64,000 nt of DNA from Neisseria sp. (GTDB taxonomy: Bacteria; Pseudomonadota; Gammaproteobacteria; Burkholderiales; Neisseriaceae). This document shows positions 29,193-39,839 of the stretch, in pieces. The DNA lies in NCBI GenBank assembly GCA_030538415.1, contig JAUNTY010000003.1, forward strand, positions 20,030 through 84,029, read 5' to 3'. Both the position numbers and the translations under genes were made by a program. The first letter of the stretch is position 1. Each line of letters starts with the position of its first letter. The notes beneath the pieces are model-generated. The model ran no database searches. It was not told the DNA's origin and worked only from the letters and a program-made list of their open reading frames with translations.

Positions 29193-29810
29193 ATGCAGAT
29201 TTTCTGGTCTTGGCTCAACCATATGGCAGATGCCGCCCTTTTTGCGGGCGCATCCGGCATGTTGCTGTTTGGCGCGGTGTTTTTCGTGTTGAGCCTATTG
29301 TGCGTACCGGTCACGCCGCTGATGGCGGCGGCGGGCTTTCTGTTCGGCCCCTTTTGGGGCAGCCTGACCGTGATGGCCGCCAGCGCCCTGTCGGCATGGA
29401 GCGCGTTTGCCCTCGGCCGCACCGCTTTTTACGTGCGCGTGCGCCGCTGGCTGCTGCGCCACCCCCTGCTGGCCACAGTGGAGCGGGCTTTGTCGGCGCA
29501 GGGCTGGCGCACGGTGTTTTTACTGCGTCTCTCGTCCATGATACCGTTTGCCCCGCTCAGCTACGCCCTCGGTGCCGCCAAAGTCAAAACCCGCACCTTC
29601 CTCAGCGCCACCCTGCTTGGCGAATTGCCGTGGGCGCTGCTCTACGGTTATCTGGGCAGCCTGCTCAACGACCTCAGCCAGCTTGCAGACGGCCACAGCC
29701 TCACCGCCAGCCTGCCGCCCTACGCCTATGCCCTGATGGTGGGCGTGATGATACTGGCCGTGCTCTTGCTCAGCCGCACCGCCCGCGCCGCGCTGGGCAG
29801 ACAGCAATGA
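29193..29810 (+). CDS. TVP38/TMEM64 (DedA-related, VTT domain) family inner-membrane protein
   Basis: 205-aa polytopic protein with the conserved FL.RL..PFA..SYA.G core of the DedA/TVP38 superfamily. Confidence 0.65.
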   Translation: MQIFWSWLNHMADAALFAGASGMLLFGAVFFVLSLLCVPVTPLMAAAGFLFGPFWGSLTVMAASALSAWSAFALGRTAFYVRVRRWLLRHPLLATVERALSAQGWRTVFLLRLSSMIPFAPLSYALGAAKVKTRTFLSATLLGELPWALLYGYLGSLLNDLSQLADGHSLTASLPPYAYALMVGVMILAVLLLSRTARAALGRQQ

Positions 29811-29885
29811 TATTCATGCATTCAAAGCCGCAGGCCGTCTGAAACAGGGTTTCAGACGGCCTGCGGCTTTTGCTGCTTAATCCGC

Positions 29886-30995
29886 TTAATCCGCAGTCTT
29901 ACGGCGGCGACGGTCGCCCGGCAGCAGCATATCCGCCCATTTCATGATATTGGCGACTTCGGCAGGATTCAATTCGTAAAATTGGCCGCGTTTCAAGCGA
30001 TTCGGCAGGCCAATCGGGCCAAAACCGACGCGCACGAGGCGGCTCACGGTCAAGCCCAGGCTCTCGAAAATGCGGCGCACTTCGCGGTTGCGGCCTTCTT
30101 TGATGACCACGTTATACCATTTGTTTGCGCCCTCGCCGCCTTGGCCGTAGATGCGCTCGACTTTGGCGAGGCCGTCGTCCAGCATCACGCCTTCTTCGGT
30201 GAGCATTTTCATTTGTTCGGTGCTCATTTCGCCCAACACGCGCACGGCATATTCACGCTCGACTTCAAAGCTCGGGTGGGCGAAACGCTGCACCAACTCG
30301 CCCGAGGTGGTGAGAATCAGCAAGCCGCTGGTATTGATATCGAGGCGGCCGATGGCGACCCAGCGGCTGCTGGCCGCTTGCGGCAGGCGGTCGAAAATGC
30401 TGACGCGGCCTTGCGGGTCGTCGCGCGAGACGATTTCGCCCTCTTGTTTGTAATACAGGATGATGCGCGGCAGGCGGTCGGCCCATTTGAGGTTGATGTT
30501 TTGCCCTTTTACCTGCACATGGTCGCCCGGCGCGACTTTTTCGCCGAGTTGGGCGACTTTGCCGTTGACCTTGACCATGCCTTGGGTAATCCATTCTTCC
30601 ATCTCGCGGCGCGAACCCACGCCCGAAGCGGCCAACACTTTTTGCAGGCGTTCCGGCTCGATGTATTCGCTGTCGACGCGCTTGTCTTTCAAATCGCGAA
30701 CACGCTCCTGGATTTTCTGGTTCGGCGCACGCACAATCAGCTTTTTGGCACGGCTGGCGCGGTTTTTCGGCGCGGCCTGTTCGCCTGAAGCGGCTTTGTC
30801 GCCGCGTTTGCCTGCGGGCGCGGCAGACGGTTTGGCCGCTTTGCCGTATTTGCCGTTTTGCTCGAATTCAGGTTTGACTTTTTTCAGGCCGTCCGAACGC
30901 TTGCCGGGTGATTTTTTAGCAGCAGGCTTCTTGGCGGCCGGTTTTTTGGCGATGCCGTCACGGAATTCGCGCTTGCTGGTGGGTTGCTTTTTCAT
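29886..30995 (-). CDS. rluB: 23S rRNA pseudouridine(2605) synthase RluB, with a Lys/Ala-rich N-terminal extension
   Basis: S4 domain followed by the RsuA/RluB catalytic core (GRLDINTSGLLILT with catalytic Asp). AGGAG Shine-Dalgarno sequence. Confidence 0.88.
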   Translation of the reverse strand: MKKQPTSKREFRDGIAKKPAAKKPAAKKSPGKRSDGLKKVKPEFEQNGKYGKAAKPSAAPAGKRGDKAASGEQAAPKNRASRAKKLIVRAPNQKIQERVRDLKDKRVDSEYIEPERLQKVLAASGVGSRREMEEWITQGMVKVNGKVAQLGEKVAPGDHVQVKGQNINLKWADRLPRIILYYKQEGEIVSRDDPQGRVSIFDRLPQAASSRWVAIGRLDINTSGLLILTTSGELVQRFAHPSFEVEREYAVRVLGEMSTEQMKMLTEEGVMLDDGLAKVERIYGQGGEGANKWYNVVIKEGRNREVRRIFESLGLTVSRLVRVGFGPIGLPNRLKRGQFYELNPAEVANIMKWADMLLPGDRRRRKTAD

Positions 30996-31114
30996 AAGGG
31001 TCTCCTAACTGCATGGCAGTTCTTCTGCGGCTTGTCGCGGCAGGGTTAATATTGGGGTATTCCAATAGGGTTGTGTAACAAGGTGTCAGGCAGTCGGACT
31101 CTGCGGCCGCCATG

Positions 31115-31222
31115 TATAGTCGAAGAAATTAGATTCTGATACAAGGCGGCGAGCCGCAGGCAGTACAGATAGTACGACAAGGCGAGCCAACGCCGTAGCA
31201 GAATCTAATTTCTTCGACTATA
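31115..31222. repeat. Family A Correia-like element, long form
   Basis: TATAGTCGAAGAAATTAGATTC...GAATCTAATTTCTTCGACTATA, followed by the hairpin repeat GCGTGGACTCTGCCCGCG. Confidence 0.8.
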
Positions 31223-31487
31223 GCGTGGACTCTGCCCGCGAAATGCTAAAGGCCGTCTGAAACCGAGACATTACAGTTTCACCAACAACGTGGGCAAAGC
31301 CCACGCTACTGGCTGCAGATTGCGACAGGATTAAAATTACCAACGGGCGCGGATTTTTCTTCAATGGCCATACATTTTACGGCTGCGTAGCGTGGGCTCT
31401 GCCCGCGAAATGCTAAAGGCCGTCTGAAATCATGGCATTACCGTTTGGCCGACTGGTTTTCAGACGGCCTTTAGTTCAACAATGACT

Positions 31488-31892
31488 GAGACCTTTGCAA
31501 AATTCTTCTGCCCGTCGCGCCCGCGCAGGCGGGTGCCTAGTGCAAAGCGCGGCTTTGCTTGCCTGCCCATTTCGATTATTCCAAAAACCCAAGTTGAATC
31601 ATTGAGTTGTATAGTCGTTTCAATTTAGACTGAAACAAGGCAGCAAGCCGCAGGCAGTACAGATAGTACGACAAGGTGCAGCAACGCCGTAGCAGATATT
31701 AAGTTTAGCCACTATAGTACGGCTAGGCGAAGCAACGCTGTATCAAACTAACGGAACGACTATATTATTCCAAAAACCGAATTTGAATCATTGGGTTGTA
31801 TATTTTCAAACCTGGCAGGTTTGAGCTGAAGCTGCGCTTCAGACTGGGCACCCGCCTGCGCGGGTGCGACGGTTATTTTTTACAAAGGTCTC
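31488..31892. repeat. Composite repeat: a family B MITE carrying a nested family A-type element
   Basis: Family B ends GAGACCTTTGCAAAAT...GTCGCGCCCGCGCAGGCGGGTGCC at the left and ...CTGGGCACCCGCCTGCGCGGGTGCGACGGTTATTTTTTACAAAGGTCTC at the right. Inside, a TATAGTCGTTTCAATTTAG-type element (31610..31764) is flanked by a 37-bp direct duplication. Confidence 0.7.
31610..31764. repeat. Family A-type element, inverted-repeat variant 3 (TATAGTCGTTTC...), plus an adjoining half element
   Basis: Complete copy at 31610..31716 (…AGTTTAGCCACTATA), followed by a right-half copy ending AAACTAACGGAACGACTATA. Confidence 0.65.
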
Positions 31893-31897
31893 GGCCT

Positions 31898-32536
31898 TTA
31901 GTTCAACAATGGCTGATTATCGGCTTGTTCTGTTTCAATCTCTACTTCTGCTTCCGTTTCTGTGACCTCTTCTTCATCACCCGTCGGTGGCGTGTCCATC
32001 AATTCGGGCAACACCAACTCGCCAAGCTCGGTCAAAGGCGGCAGTTCGGTCAAATCGCCCAACTGCAAATCGGTGAGAAAGCCTTCCGTGGTCGCCCACA
32101 AAGCCGGGCGGCCGACGGTGTCGCGGTGGCCGATGACTTCAATCCAGCCGCGGTCTTGCAGGGTCTGCATCACATTGCTGGAAACCGCCACGCCGCGTAT
32201 GCCTTCGATGTCGCCGCGCGTCACCGGCTGCTGATAGGCGATAATCGCCAGCGTTTCCATCACCGCGCGGGAATAGCGCGGCGCACGCTGCTCCTGCAAA
32301 CTGCCGAGGCGCTCGAATGCGCGGGCGTCGATTTGGAAACGCCAGCCTTCGTGGGTGTGCACCAATTGCAGCGCACGGTTATGCCAACGGGCTTTCAGGG
32401 TCGAAAGCACGTCGATCAGCTTGTCGGCAGACAAGGGCGGCACGCACAGTTCGCGCATCGCCCGTTCGCTCAGAGGCTCGATTTGGGTCATCAATGCGGC
32501 TTCAATCAGCGCATCGGGAGCAAGTTTGTCGTTCAT
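31898..32536 (-). CDS. scpB: Segregation and condensation protein B
   Basis: 212 aa with tandem winged-helix ScpB domains (TRGDIEGIRGV...) and an acidic C-terminal tail. Confidence 0.88.
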   Translation of the reverse strand: MNDKLAPDALIEAALMTQIEPLSERAMRELCVPPLSADKLIDVLSTLKARWHNRALQLVHTHEGWRFQIDARAFERLGSLQEQRAPRYSRAVMETLAIIAYQQPVTRGDIEGIRGVAVSSNVMQTLQDRGWIEVIGHRDTVGRPALWATTEGFLTDLQLGDLTELPPLTELGELVLPELMDTPPTGDEEEVTETEAEVEIETEQADNQPLLN

Positions 32537-32584
32537 GTTTTATCGGCTTTCAGACGGCCTTGATGTTCGGAGGCCGTCTGAAAC

Positions 32585-32902
32585 TTAAAATGCTTTTTGG
32601 TTCAATAGATTAAAACCACGCTTGGCGGCTTCTTCCTGCTCTGCCGCATCAATCGTGTAAACATTGATGCTGCCCGTCGCGCCGCCGCACACCGCCGGAA
32701 ACGCCACGCCCTGCAAATGGCTTTTTTCGGCGGCATAAACACGGATGCCGTCCAATTCGCGCTGCATTTCCTCAGGCGATACGCCCGCACCCTCGCATTG
32801 GCGCGAACCGTCGGATTGATAGACCTGCACGGTTTGGCCGTCTGAAAGGTTGGCGCAGGCGCTCAAAGCAGTCAGGATGATGAAGGGGATGAGTTTTTTC
32901 AT
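32585..32902 (-). CDS. Hypothetical small lipoprotein
   Basis: 105 aa with signal peptide and lipobox LSAC and two further Cys. No family is recognised. Confidence 0.55.
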   Translation of the reverse strand: MKKLIPFIILTALSACANLSDGQTVQVYQSDGSRQCEGAGVSPEEMQRELDGIRVYAAEKSHLQGVAFPAVCGGATGSINVYTIDAAEQEEAAKRGFNLLNQKAF

Positions 32903-32956
32903 GGTGGTTTTGCTTTCGGGTTTCAGACGGCCTCTAAAATGGGAGGTGCTGAAGCA

Positions 32957-33096
32957 TGTTGCCCTCTCCCTAACCCTCTCTCACGGGAGAGGGAATCAGC
33001 TACTGAAACACAAACGTTTGTAGCAATAATAAACATCTGATTCAGCAGCAACCCAGTCCCCTCTCCCGTGGGAGAGGGGACTGGGAGAGGGCTGCA
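32957..33096. repeat. Family D MITE-like element with about 34-bp GC-rich inverted repeats (CCCTCTC..CGGGAGAGGG)
   Basis: Left GCCCTCTCCCTAACCCTCTCTCACGGGAGAGGG. Right CCCCTCTCCCGTGGGAGAGGGGACTGGGAGAGGGC. The centre is AT-rich. Confidence 0.55.
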
Positions 33097-33187
33097 AACT
33101 GTGAGTTTGCATACTTTTCAAATCAAGTTATTTTGCCAGTAACTTTCAGACGGCCTGTTTTACCGATTCAAGGCCGTCTGAAATATT

Positions 33188-34111
33188 TCAGCCTTTGCGT
33201 GCGGCTTTTTTCGCTTCGCGCTCGGCTTTGAGGGCGGCTTCGTTCTGACGGGCTTTTTTCAGCCAGTTTTCCCATTGGTGCGGGGTTTCCAGCGTAATCG
33301 CGCCGATTTGGCCGTCGCGGAAATCCGTGAGGGTGTTTTCGGCAGCTTTTTGGTAATTGATGCGACCGCCGGGCAGGAGTGCGCCGCGTTTGCGGCCTAT
33401 CCATTCCAGCCATTCGTCGTCGCGCCAATGGCTGCTGGCGTCTTTGTCGGCCTGGTAACGCTCTTGCAACAGCGGCAAATAATGGCGGCGCAAATAGTCG
33501 AGCAGTTCCAGCGCCACCACTTCTTCATCCAGCGCATTGCGGCCGACCGCGCCGCTGGCAGCCAGATTGTAACCGCTTTCTTCAACGATGATTTTCGGCC
33601 ACAACATACCCGGCGTGTCGTAAAGCCAGAAATCGTCGGCCAGAAACAGGCGCTGTTCGGCTTTGGTGATGCCGGGCTCATTGCCGGTTTTGGCGGATTT
33701 TTTGCCGAGCATGCCGTTAATCAGCGTGGATTTGCCGACGTTGGGAATGCCGCAAATCAATACGCGCAAGGGTTTGTCGATGCCTTTGCGGTGCGGCACC
33801 AGCTTGCGGCAGGCTTCAATCATCTTGGCGGCGGCGCTACGGTCGGAGGCATCGAGCGCGATGGCGTTGGTATGCGGTCGGCTTTGGAATTCGGCCAGCC
33901 ACACGGCGGTGCGTTCGGGGTCGGCCAAATCCTGCTTGTTGAGGATTTTCAGCTTGGGCTTGTCGGCGGAAAGCTTGGCCAACAACGGGTTTTCGCTTGA
34001 TGCGGGCAGGCGCGCGTCGAGTACTTCAATCACCATGTCCACGCTTTTGAGCCGCTCGATAATGGCTTTTTTGGCCTTGTGCATATGGCCGGGATACCAT
34101 TGGATTGCCAT
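33188..34111 (-). CDS. rbgA: Ribosome biogenesis GTPase A (YlqF/RbgA)
   Basis: Circularly permuted GTPase motifs (KQDL precedes GIPNVGKST). Confidence 0.85.
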   Translation of the reverse strand: MAIQWYPGHMHKAKKAIIERLKSVDMVIEVLDARLPASSENPLLAKLSADKPKLKILNKQDLADPERTAVWLAEFQSRPHTNAIALDASDRSAAAKMIEACRKLVPHRKGIDKPLRVLICGIPNVGKSTLINGMLGKKSAKTGNEPGITKAEQRLFLADDFWLYDTPGMLWPKIIVEESGYNLAASGAVGRNALDEEVVALELLDYLRRHYLPLLQERYQADKDASSHWRDDEWLEWIGRKRGALLPGGRINYQKAAENTLTDFRDGQIGAITLETPHQWENWLKKARQNEAALKAEREAKKAARKG

Positions 34112-34327
34112 GTTTGTCTCTTCTGGATAAAAGGCCGTCTGAAAAAAGTAGCTCCAGACGAAGCATCATATAGTGATGATTCATGAATAAAAAACCATCA
34201 CAGGCCCCGCCATTAGCTTCACAAATCTGTTACGCTACTCAAACAATGGTTGCAGGATTCCGGCCTGCGCCGGGGTAGCGTAGCGGGCTTGTGAAGCCAA
34301 TGACGTAATTGTCGGTTGTTCCAAACA

Positions 34328-34384
34328 TATAGTCGAAGAAATGAGTTTCTGCTACGGCGTTGGCTTGCCTTGTCGTACTATAGC
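34328..34384. repeat. Truncated family A element (left half only)
   Basis: TATAGTCGAAGAAATGAGTTTCTGCTACGGCGTTGGCTTGCCTTGTCGTACTATA, ending at the internal GTACTAT. Confidence 0.55.
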
Positions 34385-34551
34385 AATCTCTTGCAAAGTT
34401 CGTTTTTCCAGAAATTCCACTATTAACGTACTCAGGCAGCCGGTAAAAGGCTGCCTGATAATGAAGTTACATTATAGCAGATTGTTTTCATGCGCTTTTA
34501 GTTTTTCAGACGGCCTCAATATATAAGATATAAGGCCGCCTGAAAAATTGG

Positions 34552-35406
34552 TTAACGCCCTGCCAAATTCTGCGCCTGGCGGTGGCGCACCAGCAATTCG
34601 TATTTGCCGGCCAGCCGCTCGGCCAAGCGCTCCACCATATACACCGAGCGGTGCTGGCCGCCGGTGCAGCCTATGCCTACGGTAACGTAACTGCGGCTTT
34701 CCACCTGCATGCGCGGCAGCCAGCGGGAAAGAAAGCCGCTGATGTCTTCGAGCATTTCCTGCGCCAGCGGCTGGCCGTCGAGGTAATCCTGGATTTCCTT
34801 GTCCATGCCGTTAAACGGGCGCAATTCGGGGTCGTAATACGGGTTGGGCAGGCTGCGCATGTCAAACATAAAATCGACATTGGTGGGCACGCCGTATTTG
34901 AAACCGAACGATTCGAGTATCACCAGCAGCCCCTTATGCTCGAGCTTGAGCCATTGCTGCACGCTGTAGCGCAGCTGCTGGGCATTCATTTTGGAAGTGT
35001 CGATGCAATAGGCCAGCTCGCGCAGCGGCGAGAGCCATTCGCGCTCTTTGTAGAGGCTTTCGAGCAGCGTCATGCTGTGGCCGGACAGCGGGTGGCCGCG
35101 GCGGGTTTCGGAAAAGCGGCGCACCAACACGCTCTCTTCGGCTTCCAGAAACAGGATTTCCACTTCATGCCCCAGCGCGCGCAGGGCGAGGATTTGTTCT
35201 TCGGCCACATCCAGATCGATGCGCGAACGGATGTCTACGCTCACGCCCAGCTCTTCCACTTCGTTTTGTTCGATGTGGTAGGTCACCAACGAGGGCAGCA
35301 AGTCAATGGGCAGGTTGTCGACGCAGTAATAGCCCAGGTCTTCCAAAAGCTTGAGGGCAACCGATTTGCCCGAGCCGGAAAGGCCGCTAATCAGCACTAT
35401 TTTCAT
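34552..35406 (-). CDS. rapZ: RNase adapter protein RapZ (YhbJ)
   Basis: Starts [33 protein letters not shown], the characteristic RapZ P-loop N-terminus; 284 aa. Confidence 0.9.
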   Translation of the reverse strand: MKIVLISGLSGSGKSVALKLLEDLGYYCVDNLPIDLLPSLVTYHIEQNEVEELGVSVDIRSRIDLDVAEEQILALRALGHEVEILFLEAEESVLVRRFSETRRGHPLSGHSMTLLESLYKEREWLSPLRELAYCIDTSKMNAQQLRYSVQQWLKLEHKGLLVILESFGFKYGVPTNVDFMFDMRSLPNPYYDPELRPFNGMDKEIQDYLDGQPLAQEMLEDISGFLSRWLPRMQVESRSYVTVGIGCTGGQHRSVYMVERLAERLAGKYELLVRHRQAQNLAGR

Positions 35407-36349
35407 GGTTGAGCTCGTCTTCTTTCAGCATGGTTTGATGGCGTTCGAGGAATTCCTTGGTACTGTCTTTGCCGCGCAACTGCAAGATGTAGTTGCGCAC
35501 CGCAGCTTCCACCAACACGGCCAGGTTTCGACCCACCGCCACCGGCAGCGTGACCGAGCGGATGTTGACGTTAAGGATGGATTCGGTTTCGGTGCGGATG
35601 CTCAGACGGTCGAGCTGCTTCATGTAGTCGTCGTCTGCCGCAACCAGATTGATGATGAGCTGGAGGATTTTTTTCGGGCGGATGGAGGTTTCACCGAAAA
35701 TATGGCGCACGTTCAACACACCCAGACCGCGCACTTCGAGAAAATCGCGCAGCATCGGCGGGCAGCGGCCGTCAAGCGTTTCCGGGCCGGTGCGGTAAAG
35801 CTCCACCGCATCATCGGCCACGAGGCTGTGGCCGCGCGAAATCAGCTCCAGCGCCAATTCGCTTTTGCCCAAGCCCGACTGGCCGGTAATCAAAACGCCG
35901 ATTTCAAACACATCGAGAAACACGCCGTGTTTGACGGTTGACACCGCCAGCGTGCGTTGCAGATAAATCCGCAACACATCCATCAGATACGGGCTCTCGA
36001 GCTTGGAGGTGAGCAGCGGCACATTGTGGGTATGGCAATAATCGCGCAAAACAGGCGACACCGGCAGGCCGTTGGCCACCATCACCAGCGACATCGGAAA
36101 ATCAAACAACTGCTCGAAGCTGTAGGCCGCTTCGCCCTCTTCCATGCGCTTGAGGTATTCCACCTCGGCCACGCCCAAGACCTGCACCTGATTGGGGTGG
36201 ATAAAATTCAAATGGCCGACCAGCGCCAAAACGGGCTTGTCGGCCTCCACGCCGATGCGGTTGTCGGCGCCTGCCGTTCCTGCTGCCCAGGCAAGCTGCA
36301 GTTTGTGCTGGTTGTCTTGATACAGGCGGCGGACGGATACGCTCGGCAT
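35387..36349 (-). CDS. hprK: HPr kinase/phosphorylase
   Basis: 320 aa with P-loop GQSGLGKSE and the HprK C-terminal domain. It overlaps the rapZ start. Confidence 0.88.
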   Translation of the reverse strand: MPSVSVRRLYQDNQHKLQLAWAAGTAGADNRIGVEADKPVLALVGHLNFIHPNQVQVLGVAEVEYLKRMEEGEAAYSFEQLFDFPMSLVMVANGLPVSPVLRDYCHTHNVPLLTSKLESPYLMDVLRIYLQRTLAVSTVKHGVFLDVFEIGVLITGQSGLGKSELALELISRGHSLVADDAVELYRTGPETLDGRCPPMLRDFLEVRGLGVLNVRHIFGETSIRPKKILQLIINLVAADDDYMKQLDRLSIRTETESILNVNIRSVTLPVAVGRNLAVLVEAAVRNYILQLRGKDSTKEFLERHQTMLKEDELNHENSAD

Positions 36350-36354
36350 AAGCT

Positions 36355-36804
36355 TTACTCTTCGGTTAGCAATCGCTGCACATCTTCCGGCGAGGCAGCG
36401 CTCATCAGCGCTTCGCGCACGGCTTTTTGGGAAAATTTGCCCGCAAGTTTCGACAGCACTTCCAAATGCTCGCCGGTGGCGTTTTCCGGCACCAACAACA
36501 CAAAAATCAGCGACACCGGCTTGCCGTCGGGCGCATCGAAGGCCACCGGCTCTTTAGTGCGGATAAACGCGCCGACGGCTTTTTTCACCGAGGCATGGCG
36601 GCCGTGCGGAATGGCAACGCCCTGGCCGAGGCCGGTGGTGCCGAGTTTTTCGCGGGCAAACAGGCAGTCGAACACATCGGCTCTGGCCAAACCGACTTCG
36701 TTTTCCAACAGCAGACCCGCCTGCTCGAACACACGTTTTTTACTGCTGACTTCCAAGTCCAACAAGATATGGGACAGGGGTAAAATCTCGCCGATCAGGC
36801 TCAT
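36355..36804 (-). CDS. ptsN: PTS IIA-like nitrogen regulatory protein PtsN (EIIA-Ntr)
   Basis: The start is set at MSLIGEIL. Active-site His in [10 protein letters not shown]. Confidence 0.85.
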   Translation of the reverse strand: MSLIGEILPLSHILLDLEVSSKKRVFEQAGLLLENEVGLARADVFDCLFAREKLGTTGLGQGVAIPHGRHASVKKAVGAFIRTKEPVAFDAPDGKPVSLIFVLLVPENATGEHLEVLSKLAGKFSQKAVREALMSAASPEDVQRLLTEE

Positions 36805-37037
36805 AAATATCTCTTCACGAGGGTAAGCAAAACAGCTGCAGATTGTACCGACAGTTGTGCCGAATCTCAATCTTTCCGCCGCATTTTACATTGCAGACAA
36901 TGCCGCAAAATCCATAATTAACCATATTAATCAATTAATTACACAAAAACACCACTCAGCAAAAGGCCGTCTGAAATGCGCGGCGGATAAGCGGAAAAGT
37001 TCCCACCCCGCCGCAAAAAACCGGACGGGATAAATTC

Positions 37038-37940
37038 TCAGCCCAACCAGATATAATGTGCCACGATGCCGAAAAACCAGGCCAGGCCGATGCGGTTGTT
37101 TTCCAGAAACACGCGGAAACACGCCCAGCGGTCGCGTGTTTTGATGACTTGATACTGCTGCCACTGCCAATACACCACCAGCGGCAACACCAGCCAGTAA
37201 GGCCAGCTGGCGCCGATTTGAAAACCAAGCACCGCCATCAGCACGGTGAACCAGAAATGGCACAGCATCACCGCCGACACATCATGATGGCCGAACGTAA
37301 TCGCCGAGGTTTTGATGCCGATTTTGAGATCGTCTTCCTTGTCGGCCATCGCATAGATGGTGTCGTAAGCCAGCGTCCACAGCACGTTGGCGGCGAAAAT
37401 CAGCCAGGCCAGCGGCGGCACGCTATTGGTCACGGCGGCAAACGCCATCGGAATGCCGAATGAAAACGCCAGCCCCAGATAAAACTGCGGCAGCGGGAAA
37501 AAGCGCTTGGTAAACGGATAAGTCACCGCCAAAAACAGCGCGGGCAGGCTCATCAGCCAGGTGAGGCGGTTGAGCGGCAGCAGGCACAAGGCCGCCAGCA
37601 GGCACAAAATCAGCAGCAGCAACAGGGCTTCGCTTTTGGTGACCAAGCCCTGCGCAAACGGGCGCTTGCTGGTACGCGCCACTGCACCGTCGATGTCGCG
37701 GTCGGCAAAATCGTTGACCACGCAGCCGGCGCTGCGCATCAGAAACGTGCCGAGCGTAAACGCCAGCAGAATGGTGAAATCGGGCATGCCTTTCGAGGCA
37801 ATCCACAATGCCCAAAACGTCGGCCACAGCAGCAGAAAGGTGCCGATGGGCTTTTCCATCCGCATCAGACGCGCATACACCGACAGCCGCCCCACCACAT
37901 AACGGGGCAGGAATTTAAGCAGTAATCGTTTGATATTCAT
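37038..37940 (-). CDS. ubiA: 4-hydroxybenzoate octaprenyltransferase
   Basis: 300 aa. UbiA prenyltransferase motifs [10 protein letters not shown] and a second Asp-rich motif DKEDD. Confidence 0.9.
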   Translation of the reverse strand: MNIKRLLLKFLPRYVVGRLSVYARLMRMEKPIGTFLLLWPTFWALWIASKGMPDFTILLAFTLGTFLMRSAGCVVNDFADRDIDGAVARTSKRPFAQGLVTKSEALLLLLILCLLAALCLLPLNRLTWLMSLPALFLAVTYPFTKRFFPLPQFYLGLAFSFGIPMAFAAVTNSVPPLAWLIFAANVLWTLAYDTIYAMADKEDDLKIGIKTSAITFGHHDVSAVMLCHFWFTVLMAVLGFQIGASWPYWLVLPLVVYWQWQQYQVIKTRDRWACFRVFLENNRIGLAWFFGIVAHYIWLG

Positions 37941-38058
37941 GTGTAATTATTTTGTTTTCATAACATTCAGAGGCCGTCTGAACGTTTCAGACGGCCTCGA
38001 ATTATAATCGAATTTTATGAAGGTTTGCCCCTTCATTTGCTTTTATTAAATGATAGTT

Positions 38059-38586
38059 TTACCCGTCACAGTGAGCCAGATAATTTTTCAGATTCGGCAA
38101 AAAACACTCCACCAAGCCCAAATCCTCGCCGTGCAGACTGAAAAACGAGCGCCGCGCCGCCAATGCCGCGCCGTCAAACCCCGCCAGCCTTGTGTGCCCG
38201 TCCAGCGCCGCATATTCAAATGCCGAACGCTCAAGCGGCAGCGAACCGTCAAACAAGCGCTCGCCCAAAGGCCGCGTGCCGCAGTCGAGCAAATCGCGCC
38301 AGCCGCAGGCCGACACCGCACACTGGCTGCGCGCCCACACCACCGGTTCATCGTCCAGACACAACAACACATCGCGCGAAAACCAGCCCGCCTCATCCGC
38401 TTCCATGCCGTCCGCCAGTAAAGGCTCGGCCGGGGAAGCACCCAAATGCAGCAGACGCACCGAAAAAGCGCGACCCAGCGCCCGCAGCGCCACCGTCAGC
38501 GACGGCGCCTGCATCAGCGCACCCTGCGCCCGATAGAGAGAAGGCAGCGTATCCTGCCAAAATATAGGCTTATTCATGCGCCGCAT
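38059..38586 (-). CDS. ubiC: Chorismate pyruvate-lyase
   Basis: Immediately upstream of ubiA. Aligns with E. coli UbiC (RDVLLCLDDEPVVWARS, TRPLGERLF, LGLVECFLP). The start is ambiguous between ATGs at about 38586 and about 38577. Confidence 0.75.
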   Translation of the reverse strand: MRRMNKPIFWQDTLPSLYRAQGALMQAPSLTVALRALGRAFSVRLLHLGASPAEPLLADGMEADEAGWFSRDVLLCLDDEPVVWARSQCAVSACGWRDLLDCGTRPLGERLFDGSLPLERSAFEYAALDGHTRLAGFDGAALAARRSFFSLHGEDLGLVECFLPNLKNYLAHCDG

Positions 38587-38777
38587 TATATAGGCCGTCT
38601 GAAAAGCACGCCATAGCGGCATCCATACAGCCAAGCAACAGCAAGCCGCATACATTGGTCCGCCTTGTACAGATTCGCATTGCCCGACCACAAAAGCGGC
38701 TCATGCCATCACAATTTTGCCGCAATTTCACGCTATAATCAGGCAAACATTTTTAGCGTTTTCCAAAGGAATGCCAC

Positions 38778-39254
38778 ATGAATCTGATCCTCTGGCGCCA
38801 CGCCGAAGCCGAATACGGCCCGCCCGACCTGGAGCGTGCCCTGACCAACAAAGGCCACGACCAGGCCCGCATCATGGCCGCCTGGCTGCAACGCCACCTG
38901 CCCGCCCCCTACCGGCTGTGGGCATCCGAAGCCCAACGCAGCCGCCAAACCGCCGCCTGTCTCGGCAGCCATATGCAGGTTTTTCCCGCACTCAATCCCG
39001 ATATCGACGCCCGCAGCCTGCCGCAGCTGCTTGAACACATCGGCAGCGACGACACCGTGGTCATCGTCGGCCACCAGCCGTGGCTCGGCGAATTGAGCGC
39101 CTTTCTGCTGAATGAAAACTGGGAAGGCGGCACGTATTGGTCCTACAAAAAAGGCGGTTTTTGGTGGTTTCAAGTCAAACACAGCGACGGCCGCTTTTAT
39201 GCCAAGCTCAAGGCGGCGCTGACACCGGCGGTGTTGATGGATTCGGCCGTCTGA
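38778..39254 (+). CDS. sixA: Phosphohistidine phosphatase SixA
   Basis: Starts MNLILWRHAEAE with the RHG phosphoglycerate-mutase-like motif; 158 aa. Confidence 0.85.
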   Translation: MNLILWRHAEAEYGPPDLERALTNKGHDQARIMAAWLQRHLPAPYRLWASEAQRSRQTAACLGSHMQVFPALNPDIDARSLPQLLEHIGSDDTVVIVGHQPWLGELSAFLLNENWEGGTYWSYKKGGFWWFQVKHSDGRFYAKLKAALTPAVLMDSAV

Positions 39255-39402
39255 ATATCGGCGCGGATTTGCCTGCGCATTTTTGTATCAATACTGCTGC
39301 CGCAGCAGCCCGACCAGCCAAAACAACAAGAGCGTTTGATACCGATTCAGCAAACAACCCGGCTGCGACGGGTTGCTTGATATAAAACGCCGCATCTTAA
39401 AA

Positions 39403-39500
39403 TATAGTCGGAGAAATAAGATTCTGATACAAGGCGGCGAGCCGCAGACAGTACAGATGGCGAGCCAACGCCGTAGCAGAATCTTATTTCTTCGACTATA
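39403..39500. repeat. Family A element, intermediate form (~98 bp, internal deletion)
   Basis: TATAGTCGGAGAAATAAGATTCTGATACAAGGCGGCGAGCCGCAGACAGTACAGATGGCGAGCCAACGCCGTAGCAGAATCTTATTTCTTCGACTATA. Confidence 0.75.
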
Positions 39501-39563
39501 CAAACATAACAGCCAAACAAACCGAAAGGCCGTCTGAACCCGACACCATGTTCAGACGGCCTG

Positions 39564-39783
39564 AGCCCTTTGCAAAACTCCCCTGCCTGTCGCACCCGCG
39601 CAGGCGGGTGCCTAGGGCAAAACGTAGTTTTGCTTGTCTGTCCATGTTTCTCTGATTCTAAAAATCTATTATGAATCATAATTTTGCGTGTTTTCAGGGT
39701 TGGCAAGTTTGAGCTGAAGCCTTGCTTCAGGCTGGGCACCCGCCTGCGCGGGTGCGACGGTTATTTTTTCGCAAAAGTCGCAG
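39564..39783. repeat. Family B MITE, full copy (~220 bp)
   Basis: GAGCCCTTTGCAAAACTCCCCTGCCTGTCGCACCCGCGCAGGCGGGTGCCTAGGGCAAAACG...GGCTGGGCACCCGCCTGCGCGGGTGCGACGGTTATTTTTTCGCAAAAGTCGCAG. Confidence 0.75.
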
Positions 39784-39839
39784 GCCGTCTGAAAACAATT
39801 TTCAGACGGCCTCTTGATACCAATCGCACTATAAATCCA

